From the NCBI GenBank assembly GCA_035084275.1, contig CM068760.1, positions 2,728,001 through 2,792,000 on the forward strand: DNA of 64,000 nt. Reading direction: 5' to 3'. The stretch comes from Hydrolagus colliei. Its lineage: Eukaryota. The notes beneath the pieces are model-generated. The model ran no database searches, was not told where the DNA came from, and saw only the letters and a list, made by a program, of their open reading frames with translations. The position numbers were made by a program, and so were the translations under genes. Positions within the stretch are counted from its first letter, which is position 1. Every line of letters begins with the position of its first letter. Below, in pieces: positions 35,099 to 49,060 of this stretch.

Positions 35099-35540
35099 GT
35101 AATGTTTTTGACATCAATCTTGGTGTCATCTTTTTATCCCATTCTAAAACACACACCACCGACAACCACAAAAAACGCTTGTTTCTGTCATTCATTTATT
35201 GTGTGGGTGAGACATGCCTGGAAGTAACTGATACCCTGGGTTGAGTTGGGAAGGGATGGAGGGAGGAAGGGAGGTGAGTTTCAATGAGTTCCAGTTGTTA
35301 GCTTAACGTTTTGAAATTGCTGTACCTCAAGAGGTAGGAAAAAATGTTTCCCTGCTGATTCCTGTAGGATGTGGTTGAACAAAGCAGTCTCTTATTTGAT
35401 AAGATGCCTGCACTGAGGTTGTGGGAATTCCTGCTTGCCGTGAGCTCGCCAGTCACGCGAGCGTAGGTAAGTGCGTCAAAGAGGTGGGTTTCTGAGCTGC
35501 TGTCAAACTGCCTTTGCTTCTTGTTACGCCTTCATAATAC

Positions 35541-35955
35541 CCAGTGGAGCTCAGTGGTTAGAGCGCTCGCCTCACAAGCGTGAGACCTGTGTTTCGAATC
35601 CAGGCAGGTTCAGGGCGAAACCTTGGACAAGTTTCCTCACTCCACACACACAGGCCTCATAATAATCCCTCCCAAAAAAACCACAATAATAAAATTGGCC
35701 ATTTCAAACCACGACTGTTTGTGAGGACGTTGCTGTGTTGCAATTGGCTGCCGCATTTTCGTCCACAAACACAATCAATTCACTTTACATTCTGTGAAGC
35801 GTTTTGAGACGTCTAGAAGAAGTGAAAAGCGCTAAATCAAAATCCAAGTATTATTATTATTATTACAGTAACTCACTTTACAGTATACATTCTGTGAAGC
35901 ATTTCTGAGACATACCCTGGACTTGATAAGGTGCTAATATCAATCAGTATTAGTG
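35541..35955 (+). mobile_element. Full-length SINE (35541-35864) plus a second tail fragment
   Basis: A/B boxes, core and tail, then a repeated cactttacagtata...gtgaagc tail. Confidence 0.88.
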
Positions 35956-37464
35956 TTTTTGTTTTAGGGGCTGTTTAAAAACCCATGCTTTTCCATATTG
36001 AAATTTGTCGATTAACATGTTTTTTTCCCCCCCGTCAATTCCTACTTGGGCAAAACCTTGAAACCTCAGCAGCCAGTGTGTTGTCGTTGGGTTAATGTTA
36101 CGCTGAGTTTACACCAGTGCCTCGTGGTTGCTGCTCACAATCATTACCTAAAAAGGTTTAAATGTGAATGAAACCAAATGATTGTTCAACGTGAAGTTGT
36201 CTCCCCTTTCACAATCTCCCATCTACTTATTGCAAAATTACCCACGGGTTCGATTCTGATCGATTTCCGACCATTTACCCCCTCCCCCACGTTTCCCGTT
36301 TCCTCTCGCCCGACAACCCCCAAAACATTGCTCTTGCCGGGCTATATTTGAGCTACGCTAACTGGGAGACTTGACCCTGGCTGAGTTTGCTGATCCCAGG
36401 CGAGGGATCTGGCTCAGTGCACAGGGTGGGCCTGGGGAAAAGGAGATAGGACGTCCCTAAGACAAATTAGCTGCAGAGAAAGAAGTAAAATTGCAGCTTT
36501 GCCTGAGTTCTCGTCGTCTTTAACGTTTGCCTTCCTCCAGTTCCCCGCCCCCCCCAGGGCTATGGTTTTGCTCTGCGTGGCTTCAAGTGTTTACCCATTG
36601 CGAAGTGAGCGAATGAGTGAGTTCGAGTGTCTGCAACAAACTATGGGTAATGTAGATTTGAAACTGCTCCCTTCTTGGAAATAAGTTCAGAATCGGTCAG
36701 GGTTGGCAAAGTGAGTGCCAGATGCTATATGCAATTCCATGTGATCCCAGCCTTAAAGGCTATTGTCCCTAACTTTGAAGAATGTGTCACAATTGTTCAA
36801 TTCAGACTCAATTTTTAAGTCGCTGATTTTTAAAGATTGTGGATGAAAACCAACTTCCAAATTAAGACTGAGTTTCTCTCCCCCCCCAGCCCCACACCCC
36901 CACCGCCCTCAATCCTCCCCCCCACCATTGTATAGTACTGTAGTTCTCTCATTTTTATTCCCAGCCAGGTAAACTTCGATCCTTTCAATGGAAGTGATTC
37001 AGGGGAGTTACAAACCCAATCTACCCCTGGAAATAATCATATCTTCTCAGGCTGGCTCTGAGAAAGGAAGGCTTTGTTGTGTTAATTTATATCTGATTTA
37101 AGATTATTAAGACTACTGCTCCCAAACTCAGATCAGGTATCACCAGCTTTGATGTTAGCAAGCCTGATTGACCGGGTCCCCACCAGGTGTAATAATTTTC
37201 AGGATTGTAACATGCTCAAATGTTTTAAATCACATTAATGGCGACAGAGGAAATGGGGGTCGCAACCTTGAGTGTTTTTTTAAAATCCGGGCAAAGGTTA
37301 GAATGTGATTGTTGGGGTCGCTGGCTGCACATTTACGGGAACATGATCCCGAATGATGTTCTCTGTGAAACGAGAATCTAAACAAACCCTCAAACCTGTT
37401 GTGGATCAGCACGACCACAGGCTGGGGGCCTCGAAAGAGAATCTCTCAATCTCAGTTTGATAAA

Positions 37465-37783
37465 AATAATAACAATCCTTGCATTTGATCTCGCGCTTTT
37501 TCGCGCCTATTGCGTCTTCTAGACGTCTCAAAGCGCTTCACAGAATGTAAAGTGATTCGACTGTACATTTGTGGGAGAAACGCGGCAGCCAGTTGCGCAC
37601 AGGTGGCGACCCCACAAACAGTCGGGGATTGAAATGACCAATTTTTATTATTGTGTTTTTTTGTGAAGGGATTATTATCATGTGTGTGTGTGTGTGTGTG
37701 TAGGCTGGTTGGGGAAAGACCTGCCGGATTAGACCAGACCAGCTTGATAAGCTGTGCTCAGTGTTAGTAACCACTGAGCCACA
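37465..37783 (-). mobile_element. SINE interrupted by (TG)n
   Basis: Reverse tail and core 37465-37680. Reverse A box (taaccactgagccacag) at ~37767. Confidence 0.85.
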
Positions 37784-38327
37784 GTTTAGCTGGTGGTCTC
37801 CTCGCTGGTCTTTCCCCCACCCCCTACACACACACACACACACACATGTCCCCTCCAGAGCTGGGCCTTGTAAACCGATCAGCCACCTGTGTTCTCCAGG
37901 TGGGTCACAGGAGCTGTCGGTGGGAACTTAGCAAAGCAGGAGTATTGTAAAGCTCTATTTTTGTCTGAGCTCAATTCCAAGAGGTTTCCCTATGAGCCGA
38001 GCACAGCTCTACCTCAGGCCTGTCCGCTCCAGCCAGGATTTATTGTTCAGTCGAGCTACAGAGGTCCACTCTGCAGTGAAAGCTCCCACTGTTTCCTTTA
38101 GGAATATAAGCGACTCTTTGCCACTGGGTAGCAGGGTGAGAGGAGAGGGCCTGGCACCAACCAAACGCCTGTCCATTCATGTGGAGGGATTCCACAGACT
38201 CCCACAACACTCCCGGGTGCGGACACACACCCACGCAAACAAAAACCCCTGAACTTCAGCCGTTAAACAAACAGCCCCGAGCGAAACGCAGTCACTCTGC
38301 ACCCCCCCCAACCCCCCCCCCCCCCCA

Positions 38328-38527
38328 NNNNNNNNNNNNNNNNNNNNNNNNNNNNNNNNNNNNNNNNNNNNNNNNNNNNNNNNNNNNNNNNNNNNNNNNN
38401 NNNNNNNNNNNNNNNNNNNNNNNNNNNNNNNNNNNNNNNNNNNNNNNNNNNNNNNNNNNNNNNNNNNNNNNNNNNNNNNNNNNNNNNNNNNNNNNNNNNN
38501 NNNNNNNNNNNNNNNNNNNNNNNNNNN
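38328..38527. other. Assembly gap (200 N)
   Basis: Run of N directly after a poly-C tract. Confidence 0.99.
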
Positions 38528-39829
38528 TTGTTTGTTGTATTTTTAAGATGTATATAGTAAACAAATAATGAGTAGATTAAAATTAATTAAATGTGCAATG
38601 TTTTCTACTTATTATACTGTACTTTTTAACATAACTTCTTGATAAACTGTTTCATGTCATTTGGGTAGCTGCCTGTCTTTCTGTAAACTTGTATCTTGAA
38701 CTTTGCAAATCAATTCTGGGAGAAGCTGAATATTGAATTATTATTTTTAGCTTATTGTTATTTTTCAGAACCCAATTATTTTGAGGGAAATGCATTATGA
38801 CTTACAGGAAGGTATTTGAATCTGTTAATATAGATAGTGTTTCCATAGAACACTAAATTTCAAATGTTGTGCAACTTCCAAACCTAGGTGACGGAGCAGA
38901 ATATTTTTTAAAAAATCTTTTATAAATCAATAGTCAGCTTTTGAAGGTATTTGGTAACACTGGAGTAAAACATTGGCCACCAGACATAAACAGTTGTTCT
39001 TGAGTCAATTTTTACAAGTTATTAACGTATCATACCAGAGGAAATGTTTGATCATGTGGGCATCATACCCGAGTACAATTTCTGACTACATCTATCATAC
39101 ACTTATTTGTTCTTTTCAGAAGTCACTGAGTCATGATTAGCAAAGCTGACCAACCTTTTTCCCACCAATGCCCAGTCCAAGGCATTGAGGACAGTTGTGC
39201 TGCTGTCTTAGATGTGGTATGCATATTTGGAACCTTTACCCATAAGCATGACAATTGTTTTCTGCATTTGTCAGACACCGAGCTAATGGAAAACAAATTA
39301 TCTTTATTTTGATCCACTGTATTACCATTGAGTAGTTTTTTGTAGAATTGCTTGGGGCAGTAGTGGAACTGGATCTGCCATGTTTACAACCAGCGTTCAC
39401 TGATAGAGTGAGTGCACAGCTGTTTCATTTATTTTTAAACCTCTAGTGGCTCATGAGGAAAATAGTTGTGATTTGGTTATCACTTTGCAAGTGAAATAAA
39501 TTCTTAATTTCACATCCATGAGATAACAAGTGGGTATTGCATATGCAGCAAAGTCTGCTGGACTGTCTGTCCAGCGCCTTGGGACATCCTCGCGACATGA
39601 AAGACGCTATACAAATGTAATGGTGTTGTTTTAGGGAAATATGGATTGTAAGAATTGTTTCACCTACCTGCAAAAGACAATTTAAACAGTGTGGGTGTAT
39701 TTGGTGGTACTTTGTAGGGTGGAAGAGAAGGAAGCCTTGAAATTGGAAGAGGTGTGTTCTTGTTTCCTCCCTGTTGCTGTCGTGTGGTACTGGGGAAATT
39801 TATGCAGTTGTCTGCAGGTCTGATAGTAT

Positions 39830-39940
39830 TTTTTCGCCTACAAATATGCAGTCAATTCACTTTACAGTATATTGTGTGAAGCGCTTTGAGAAATCTAGAA
39901 GATGTAAAAAGCGCTATATCAAATGCAAGGATTATTATTT
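39830..39940 (+). mobile_element. SINE 3' fragment
   Basis: ttcgcctacaaatatgcagtcaattcactttacag...aaggattatt. Confidence 0.85.
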
Positions 39941-40724
39941 TAATGAAAATTCGATCAATATATCTTACAATTAAGGGACTGTTTGTTATTGGCTGAGTTT
40001 CAATTATTTGATTATGCAAATACTGATTTCTCAACAAAATCCTGCAGAGGTGACAAACATTGCAGACCATAGAGCTGTTTTTTGTGGCTGGAATGAATTC
40101 AGATATTTCAGTTCTTGAATATTCATATGGGATACTAGTGGATTGACAGCATAGAGTAAGGCAGTTCAGTTGAGTGGTTCTGATGACCCTTTGAACTTGT
40201 GTTTTATGAACACAAATGGACTGAGATTTATGCCATGGATGACCTATAAGATTTTTAAAAAGTCTTATGTTTGGTGTATAAACTTAATGTTCAGATTTTA
40301 GTTTTCTTTCTGCCACCACGATTGCACCTTGAATATAGTAGACGCACTGTGATATCCAATTTGGGGGAACCAAATTGGATATCACAATATCCAATATAGT
40401 TCCCATTTATAGAGTACTGCTTTGCTAATAAGTGCAGATCTACTGTGTACCCATATTAACTGGTTAGATTCCTACATTTAAAAAAAATCTCCTGAAGGTA
40501 CTGACTCTTTGATGGAGTGGGGCAGTGAATCCATCACAACTGAGGTTGATCTTCCCTGACCCAAAGCCCACATGAATGCACTCCCAAAACTTGTTGAATT
40601 TATTCCCCATTTCTTTCTAACTCAAGACTGCCAATGCCAATTATGCCCATGTCACCTAGTCTGAAATTTATGCTGAGGTGATAGGGGTTGGAAGGATTTT
40701 CCATAATAATTGAGCATTCTTTTG

Positions 40725-40942
40725 AGTTTCCTTACTCCACACGCATGATAATAATCCCTCAAAAAATAATAATAATTTGGTCATTTCAAACCACAACTGT
40801 TTGTGGGACACTGCTGTGCACAATTGGCTTCTGCGTTTCGCAGAAATATAGTCAATTCACTTTACAGTATATTCTGTGAAGTGCTTCAAGACATGTAGAA
40901 GACATGATAAGGAGCTATATCAAATGCAAGGATTATTATTAT
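40725..40942 (+). mobile_element. SINE lacking tRNA head
   Basis: agtttccttactccacacg..., core and tail. Confidence 0.85.
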
Positions 40943-43900
40943 GTGCATTTATTAATTTAGCCATATTTGAAAGCATTTAGTTTGGGAAGCAAACATTTTT
41001 TTACAATTATTTTACATATCCTTGTAAATTGACAGTGAAGACCATTCAGATAGCTTGGGGGTTTCTCGCTTGGCCAAATAGTTTAACCAGCTGATATTGG
41101 ATAGTAACTGCAGGACAATATGATGTCAAGGAGTGTGCAGAAATTTAGCTCTTTTGCAGCTTAGAAGAAAGTGAGGGAACTCAAGGGGGACTCTTTGGCT
41201 AATGGAAGAACCTGATCAAATAAAATGAGTGGTAAAGAGTATCAACTGATCAGGCTGATGGTTGAATATCAGCCAGTGATTTTCTTTTCTATAGAGTTTG
41301 ATTGTCAAGTCAACAGAAATGAATAGTTGTTTGTGTACATTTCTGGGGCTGGGAAACTGCTTGAGGGTTAGTGTAATTAGCTGTAGTTGAGTAATTAAAA
41401 TTGATGCAAATTTTGCTTGATTAAATTTGAAGATCAGAATGTGTTTTTATTCTGATGCTGCTGAGTTTGTTTTGTGGGAGCCAATATCTCAATGATGCCA
41501 CGGAGGGCATTAATTGATAGTTGGGACTTTGCATTATCAAATGCAAGGATTATTATATTACAGCTGCATAGGGAGATTTAAAAGACAATTCAACACCTCT
41601 ATGGTTTCCCTGGTTGAGAGCATCTAGTCCAGCATTTCCTGGGAAACAAACTTGGAACCAGTGGCTTAGTTATATATAAGTCGTGTCACAGAAGGAAAAA
41701 ATTAGGTGCTTTCATAATTTCTGGAGCCAATTTATTGATGTTCTCTTTTGTTCAGTTGTCAGGGTAACATCCGTTCAGTGATGGAGGAATTAAGGGTAAT
41801 ATTTAGATGAAGGGGAATTTTGGAGTCATAATATTTGCTTTGTAAAGGACAAAACATTATATTGTTCAGCTGAAAAGTGCAACCCACAACATAAAATGTA
41901 CAGACAAACAAGTCTTATTCATTTTTTTCCCGACAAATCTTAATGTTGAACATAATTCACATTGCTTAGAAAATTCATTCCTCTTAGACCAATAAATACT
42001 GTTTGTCCTGGAAACGCAGCATTGTCCGGTAGGTAGACCAGCCAGAAATGATGTGCATTGAGATTTGTGTCTGTGATCCTCCATCTTCTCAGTCCTAATG
42101 GTGCTACTGTGGGACGATATTGAGTAGAGATGAGACATGCTCTCCACAGGAAGAGGGGAAATGTGGATGGTGCCAATGTGGACTCTACTGTAGGTGAAGG
42201 GATACTGAAATACATTCACTTTTAATATGAAATGTGAGGATATATTTTAAAGGTGGGTGATTTTGCTTACAGACTGCTCAGTACAGGTGCAGTATTCGTA
42301 TCTTGCTGTAAAATGTGGGGCATAACTTCTTTCAGGATTTTCAGGGGGTTTTTAGGGAGTTACAAAATTGGGTGACTGGTGCCACATTACTTCAAATGCT
42401 GCATTTACCTGACGATTCTGTGAAGTAAACAAAATCTGCTTCTTCGGAAAAGTTATGAGACTTGCTTAAAAATATTGTTCTGCTGATGTCTTTTGAGATG
42501 TTCCCTCTCTTAAGTAACATTGCTGCTGCAGTGCTGGACATCATTTCAACTCCTCCCCTCTTGCCCCATCCTTCCTATTCATACATTTTCTAACATGTAC
42601 AGATGTTTCCCAACCATTTGGGAAAGTATGATGGTCAGAAATACTTTCATACTAACTACTTAAAAACCACTAGTTTAACTATTGTTCCAGCTGCTGTGGT
42701 GGAATCCACCCCATAATATAAATGGGATGGATTTCATAGTACTTAGACCTTAGGCAATATTTTCAGCATTAAATAGATTTATTGCACATGTTTTAAAATT
42801 ACAGGTGTGACTAATAGAACTGATTTTACAGTATGTTTTTGTGTAAACTGAGAATTTCTCTTTCCCCTCCCAATTGAATGAAAAACATGTTGCAAGGTTT
42901 GCAGTGGTTAAGTCTTTACCTCATGTACTGAGGATTACAAAGCAATTTCTCGAATTCAATCATTCATCTTTACTGATTTAATTGATATGGTAGAAACACT
43001 ATAAAATGTTTTTCAATCAATTTTTGCAACAGATTGTATTGCTTTTGTGTATTCTTATTATTTGCTCTTGCTTAATTGTGATCAAGGCCATTACTTCCAA
43101 TGTCTGTATTCCATACAGTTGAGGTTGAAGATTGTATGCTCCCACTAAAGGTATTTGTTAAAATATAAAAACTAGTTTTGCAATAGCAGGACTGGTTTGA
43201 ATTTACACTCTATTGAAAACTGTTAAAATGTAAGCACTGGCCCAGAGAAAACCACTAGACAAAACACTACATACTGTAGCGTGACAGTGGGTATTCCTTG
43301 CAAGTGATGTTTTGAACATGAGATAACATGGAGGAAACTATGTGTGGACATAATTAGAGATAAGTATTTGATAATGTACCAAGATTATTTTGTGATGAAG
43401 AATGATAGTCAAAGCAAACCAAATGCCAGATTTCCTGAAAATTCCTAAGTTTTTAGCCGTGAAGTCTCAAATTTGTTTTCTTTGGTACCTTAAGTCAGCT
43501 TGTTTACTAGTAATTGTACTTATTTGCATAGAAGAATGTATAGGACCTCCATTGGGTGTCTTACACTATTAAAAGTGTTTATTGTTTTTTGTATTTTTGT
43601 GCCATCTAGATTGTTTGTATTTGCCTTGTGGCAATTTGGTCACTAATGAGCAATGATTAAAATTGTGCATTATATATTTGAGCTGTAAATTGACAAAATA
43701 CATACCATATATAGTGTAATTGAAACATAATGTATCTAATTCTTGATACTTTTATATCTACAATTCTGAGTACAGTACTGTACAGATTTGCATTACTGTA
43801 ATTGTGTTTGGTTGGTGAAAAGGAAGGAAGTTGTTCTAATATTTTCTTACCAGAATGAGATGGTAAGTGAAGTGCATTTTAGTGGCTGGAAGCCCAACCT

Positions 43901-45417
43901 ATACCATCCAAGGAGTTGAAATACATGGAGTCCACTGCCTTACTTTTAAATGCGTCTTATTTTCCTTGGGCTTTTTCCACTAAATTATGTCCTTCAGTGT
44001 AGTGGAAGTTTTATATGTAGGAAAATTTGCAATTGATTCTCGCCCTTGTAAATGCTAATTTGTTTTAATTGTTAATTAAGTCTACTACATTGTAGCCATT
44101 GTAAATATATAAAAAAAGGACTGTAGTGGTTCTACATTCAAATTAAATCTCTCAAAAGATTGCTTTTGTTATTCCAAGAATGTGAAAAATGAATAGAATA
44201 AGTAAAAAGGAATAAGAGACATCCATCGGTTCAACATGTACAATTTGATTTGTCTTCCAGATTCTGGACTGTCCATTGGTATTAATGCAGAAACACTTGC
44301 ATATATTTAACTAATTTTAGGTTTAAAGTATATGGCACTGGATATCTTGTTTGCTTATTCTTACATGAATTGCATAATTTAATTTTCAACATTTTAAAAA
44401 GCATTAAACAGATCAGAAGTGCACCATTATACTTTGGTATCAAATTTGCATATTTCTAAATGATAATTTGTATTGTACATTTATTATTGTTTACATAAAA
44501 CCTGCGATTAAGTGAGTATCAAGTTGTGGAATACCAGTTTTCCACCTTGGGGCTTCTAGTATTGTATTCTTTTTTAATTTTAGAGTAGGAATACCTTAAT
44601 GATTGAATGTTGATGCTCACTCAGTATCTGGGCTAAAATGTGCTAAATAACAAAGCGCTGTTGTTGCTTATGGAATGCTACTCTGCCATAATCTGGTGAT
44701 TATAGGAGAAACTGAGATGAAAGGGGGAAATGTGGACGGAGAAGAGACAAAAAAATGAACAGCAGCAATTTCTGGACTACTGTACTGTAGAAATTTTTTG
44801 ACTTTTCAAAACTATGTAACAAAGCATAGTAACATTTTAATACACCATTATCAAAATAATAAGCATAGTAACAAGGAATGATATTAACCTATTGAGGCAT
44901 CACTTTAATAATAGTGAATTAACCTACCTCACATGTTTCTTTGGCAACTCAAATGACATAGACTTGTCACCGCTTTATATTACTAGCATGGTCTGGCTCA
45001 GGAACCAAATTACTGAGACGGCCACAAATGATGCATTCAATTCTAATATCCCATTATCAGCCACATCACCCTGGAGCCAGCTTAGCCTCAAGAAGTCCCT
45101 ACTTACTTTCTCCTCCACCTACCCAGCCAAAGAATAGTTGCGAGTGAGTGAGCGGGTGATCGAGGGGCTAGGGTATAACGGGTAAAACAGGCAAAAACTA
45201 AAAAAGTGACGTTGGCGCAGCATCACACACAACATCACCTCCAAACAATTAGACCATCACCGCACCAGCGTTAACACCTCATCAGCACATTAAAATCAGA
45301 TCACTAGCAGCTCTAACAGTAGACCATTGCGCACTGGAAATTACGAGTTACAAACTTTTGATGGATCTTTCATCAAAGGATCAAACGATTTTTTATTTTG
45401 GTATCCACTTTCAGGTG

Positions 45418-45630
45418 AAATCATAGAGTAGAATCATAGAAATTTACCACGCAGAAGGAGGCTTTTTGGCCAATTAAGTTTGTACCGGCTCTCCGAGCAA
45501 GGTGTGCATCTAGTCATGCTACCCTGCCTTATCCCCATACTCCTTCAAGGCTCTATCTTCCAAATACCTGTATACTTCCCTCCTGAGACGCACAGCGGAC
45601 TCTGGTTTACCACTTTTGGCAAGGCAATTT
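45418..45630 (-). mobile_element. CR1 3' tail fragment
   Basis: atcatagagtagaatcatagaa...gcagaaggaggc..tggccc. Confidence 0.6.
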
Positions 45631-48289
45631 CTGTGGGCTGGATTCTGCCAAATAAAGATGGCTTCACATTGTTTCCTTAGTGGTCAGATAGGAATTATTC
45701 TCGCTGATTTTTGTTAACCACATCAAGTGACCATGATTATCGGGGACTGGTGACTTAATTATTTGATCAAGTGTTGAGATTCTCACCCCCCACCCCATTC
45801 TGAAAATACATAATAGTTAAATTATATATTGTAATCAGTGGGATGCATACACAAACTGCTTATTAAATCAATGTTTAACCTACAATTTTTTTCTGAATTT
45901 ATATTTTATTGTAATTTTATTATTTTCAAATTTGTTTTTTTCTGTTCTATTCCCAGTCAATTGAAATAAGAATTAAATCTTTCTTTAGTAAATACTCGGT
46001 AATCGGTTTGAGTTGATATGTTAATGCCCTAGGCAGTCAGGGATGTGATAGGCTTGTAGCTGTTTATGTAAGTGAATTTAAGTAATTATTGACACAGAGT
46101 GAATGGATGCTGGATTTCCAAATATAGCAGAGAGGATATTGTGTTTTACTTGGATTTTGATTAACTGGTGTTTGGATTTTTTAAAGAAACAATGGATTAT
46201 GAGATAAGTAAATGTATGAGAAATATTTGTAAATCTCTTTGTCTTTCATCTGAATTGCATGTTTAGTATGCAGTCTCTTTAATTGATGACTCAATCCCTG
46301 AGAATATGTTATGGATGCTGGACATTATTTGCATTGACTTGAATGATTGTTTGCTAATTCATTTTGTTGTATTTCAATCATGTTTCATGAAATGCATATT
46401 TATTTATGCATATTTATTATTATTTGACTGTACTCTAATCATGCCAAAAATCATGCCAGAAATATTAGGGTTTTATTAGTTTGCTAATGTGGTAATGGGA
46501 CATGGGATCTACCTGCAGTTGCTCAGAGGACAGCGTTCAATAGAGGTTTAATTTTTGCAATTTAAGGATCGTTTGTAAGCAAAAATACTTTTAAAACAAA
46601 AATATTTTAAATGTTTTTAAGATTTGCCTTCAGGGAAATCTGTATGCTTTTACTTGACATTGAAATGACAATTCTCAAGACCCATGGATTTGACTTGGTT
46701 TATTGCAATTTTATCAATACAAAGACTTGACGAGCCACCATGTCTGATTTGCAGAGAGAGCCCTATTTTATTTTAAGGGTTTTGACATCCATGAATGCCT
46801 AAAGAAAAAGAAACAAACCAATCTAGATTTCATTAGGCCAAGACTAGACGTGGGGAGAGACTATTTCCAAAAATGGTTGTAGACCTTTATTGCCAGTTTG
46901 AATGCTTCACATTCTGTACTTCTAATTATATTAATTACATTTCTGTACAGGCTTAAAGTCTGAAAGGCATTACCATTCATTTGAAAAGATATTTCCCCAG
47001 TGTTTAATAACTTTTTAATAAAAAAATTATGTAAGGCTTTGATTCTTTTCATGTACAAGTAAAAGTTAACATTTCATTTTAAATTTTAATTGAACATATT
47101 ATTCGTGCGGTAGTTTAGTTTAAGTAGAAAGTAATTCTTGTTGATGGGGGATATCTGTAGTGTACACGATTGCAAGGAAGGCTTGAGCGATGATCCAGAA
47201 TCTTTCCTCGATTCTAGCAATTTAAATTTCCACCTCCTCCCCCAACCCAAGGAAAAAAAGCTTCCTTGTCTGAGCTTACTTATCTAAACATGGAGGCGTT
47301 CCAGTAAACTTGTTAAAGAATCTGATGAGAATATTCAGCAAAGCTAAATATTGGTGCATTTATGTTGAGACTCAGAAATTGTATTTGCTTCTTTCTCACA
47401 TTCCTGAAGTGACCATGCTTCGTGTGTCAGAACTGATTGATACTGGTCTTTGATATTTACTGCATCAAGACTGACATTGTATGTCTCTTTAAGTCTGAGT
47501 CTTGAGTTTACTATCTCTGAATGGTTTGACTTTAAAAGGACCTGGATAAGTTTGAAATGAAGAAAATTGATAATGATTTAATTTTGCTTGCTACTTTAAA
47601 TATTTCTTGCCAGTAAATATAGGCAGTTTTAATAGAACTCCCTTGTTCTTTAATTTGTAGACTGTTTGGGTCGTTGTAGACTGTTTGGTTATGGCTGTCT
47701 GACCCTACTTCTCCCAGTAAATTTTGTGTACATGGTAAGCCAAAATTATTTAAGTTGAAGGAGTAGTGTTGGCTTACAAATCCCTGCTTGGCCTATTGCA
47801 AATTTAGAGTACACAATTTCATCATATGTTGTCAACCGCATGTTTAGTTAATATGGAAGGCTTTTAAAATAACCGCAAGTTTAGTTGTTATTGAAAGCGT
47901 TTAAAGTACAGTATAAGATGGATTCATCAAAAAAAATCTTCTGGAAACTTTTTGGATCTCTCCCAATCATGGTGATTTTCTGATGTTGGCCCTTTCAGGA
48001 AGTCAGTCCTCTTTGTAAAGCTGCCATTAAATGATGTGGCTTGTTCTTAAACAATACTGATTAAGAGTGTTCCAGAGTTTGAGACGTAGTGACTAAAAGC
48101 GTGCTACAGTTAGAGGTATGCTGAACAAACTGGAGATTTAAAACAAATGTGCATTTGATTTATTCATGCTGTTGAAAATAAGCTGCAACTATTTTAGAAT
48201 TGATTTTTACAAGATTTATGATACCCAATGTCACCACAATGCACAAACTCATGTCACTACATACATGTCATCATCGCATTTGAAACACA

Positions 48290-49060
48290 ACAACATAAAC
48301 CCTCAGCAGGGTTGTACGGCACAAAAGGAGGCCATTTAGCCCATCAAGTCTGTGCCAGCTCTTTGAAAAGAGCTATTCAAGATCAATCCCTCTCCCCATA
48401 ATCCCACAAATCCATCCTCCCCAAATAATCATCCAACTCTCTTTTAAAAGTTGTTATCAAATCGTCCTCCACCACCCTTTCAGGCAATGCATTCCAGATT
48501 CAAACAACTTGCTACATTAAAAAATTTCTACTCACCTCCACTCTGCTTCTTTTAGAAACTATTTTAAATCGATGACCTTGAGTTACTGACACACCCACCA
48601 GTGGAAATATTTTTTGCCCTGTTTAACCTATGGAATCCAAAATGCATCACCTCGCATTTCTCCACATTAATCTTAATTTGCCATGTGTCTGCCCATTTTA
48701 CCATTCTATCTATGTCGTCTTGCAGTCAGCTACTGTCCTCCTTAGTATTTACTACTTTTCCTAACTTTGTGCCATCTGCAAACTTGGAAATCCCTATACC
48801 CAAGACCAGATCAGTTATATATATAATTTTATCTATATATATATTTTATATATATATGTATATATATAAAAAAGAGCAGTGTTCCCAAATCTGATTCCTG
48901 GGGGATGCTACTGTACATTTCCCTCCAGTCAGAAAAACAACTGTTCACCACAACTCTTTGCTTTCTGTCTCCTAGCCAGTTCTGGATCCATGCTGCCACT
49001 GTCCCTTTAATACCGTGGGCTTCTATTTTCCTTACAAGTGTTTTATGTGGCACTATTTCC
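48290..49060 (-). mobile_element. CR1 LINE fragment (RT region plus 3' end, internally deleted)
   Basis: The minus ORF VPHKTLVRKIEAHGIKG..WIQNWLGDRKQRVVVN..SDW...PQES.LG is CR1 RT. CR1 tail at 48310-48370. Confidence 0.88.

Larger units (their letters stand above)
6598..35115 (+). other. BPTF: BPTF gene span in window (5' exons lie upstream of the window; 1-6597 is intronic)
   Basis: 29 GT-AG exons with consistent phases give a continuous 7526-nt frame. It contains recognisable BPTF peptides ([71 protein letters not shown]). Confidence 0.97.
33212..35115 (+). other. BPTF: BPTF 3' UTR (end approximate)
   Basis: Follows the stop codon. U-rich, no SINE insertions, AATAAA near the end. Confidence 0.7.

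Noticed and set aside
39120-39230. Acceptor-like ttcttttcag with a later gtatgc
   Set aside because: Stop codons in all three frames within about 20 nt.
44880-45400. Compositionally distinct block with more CpG
   Set aside because: Probably a repeat remnant beside a CR1 tail. I could not support any motif or ORF.
47657-47690. Short duplication ttgtagactgtttgg x2
   Set aside because: Ordinary slippage-type duplication. Similar ones occur at 3618, 44821 and 59705.
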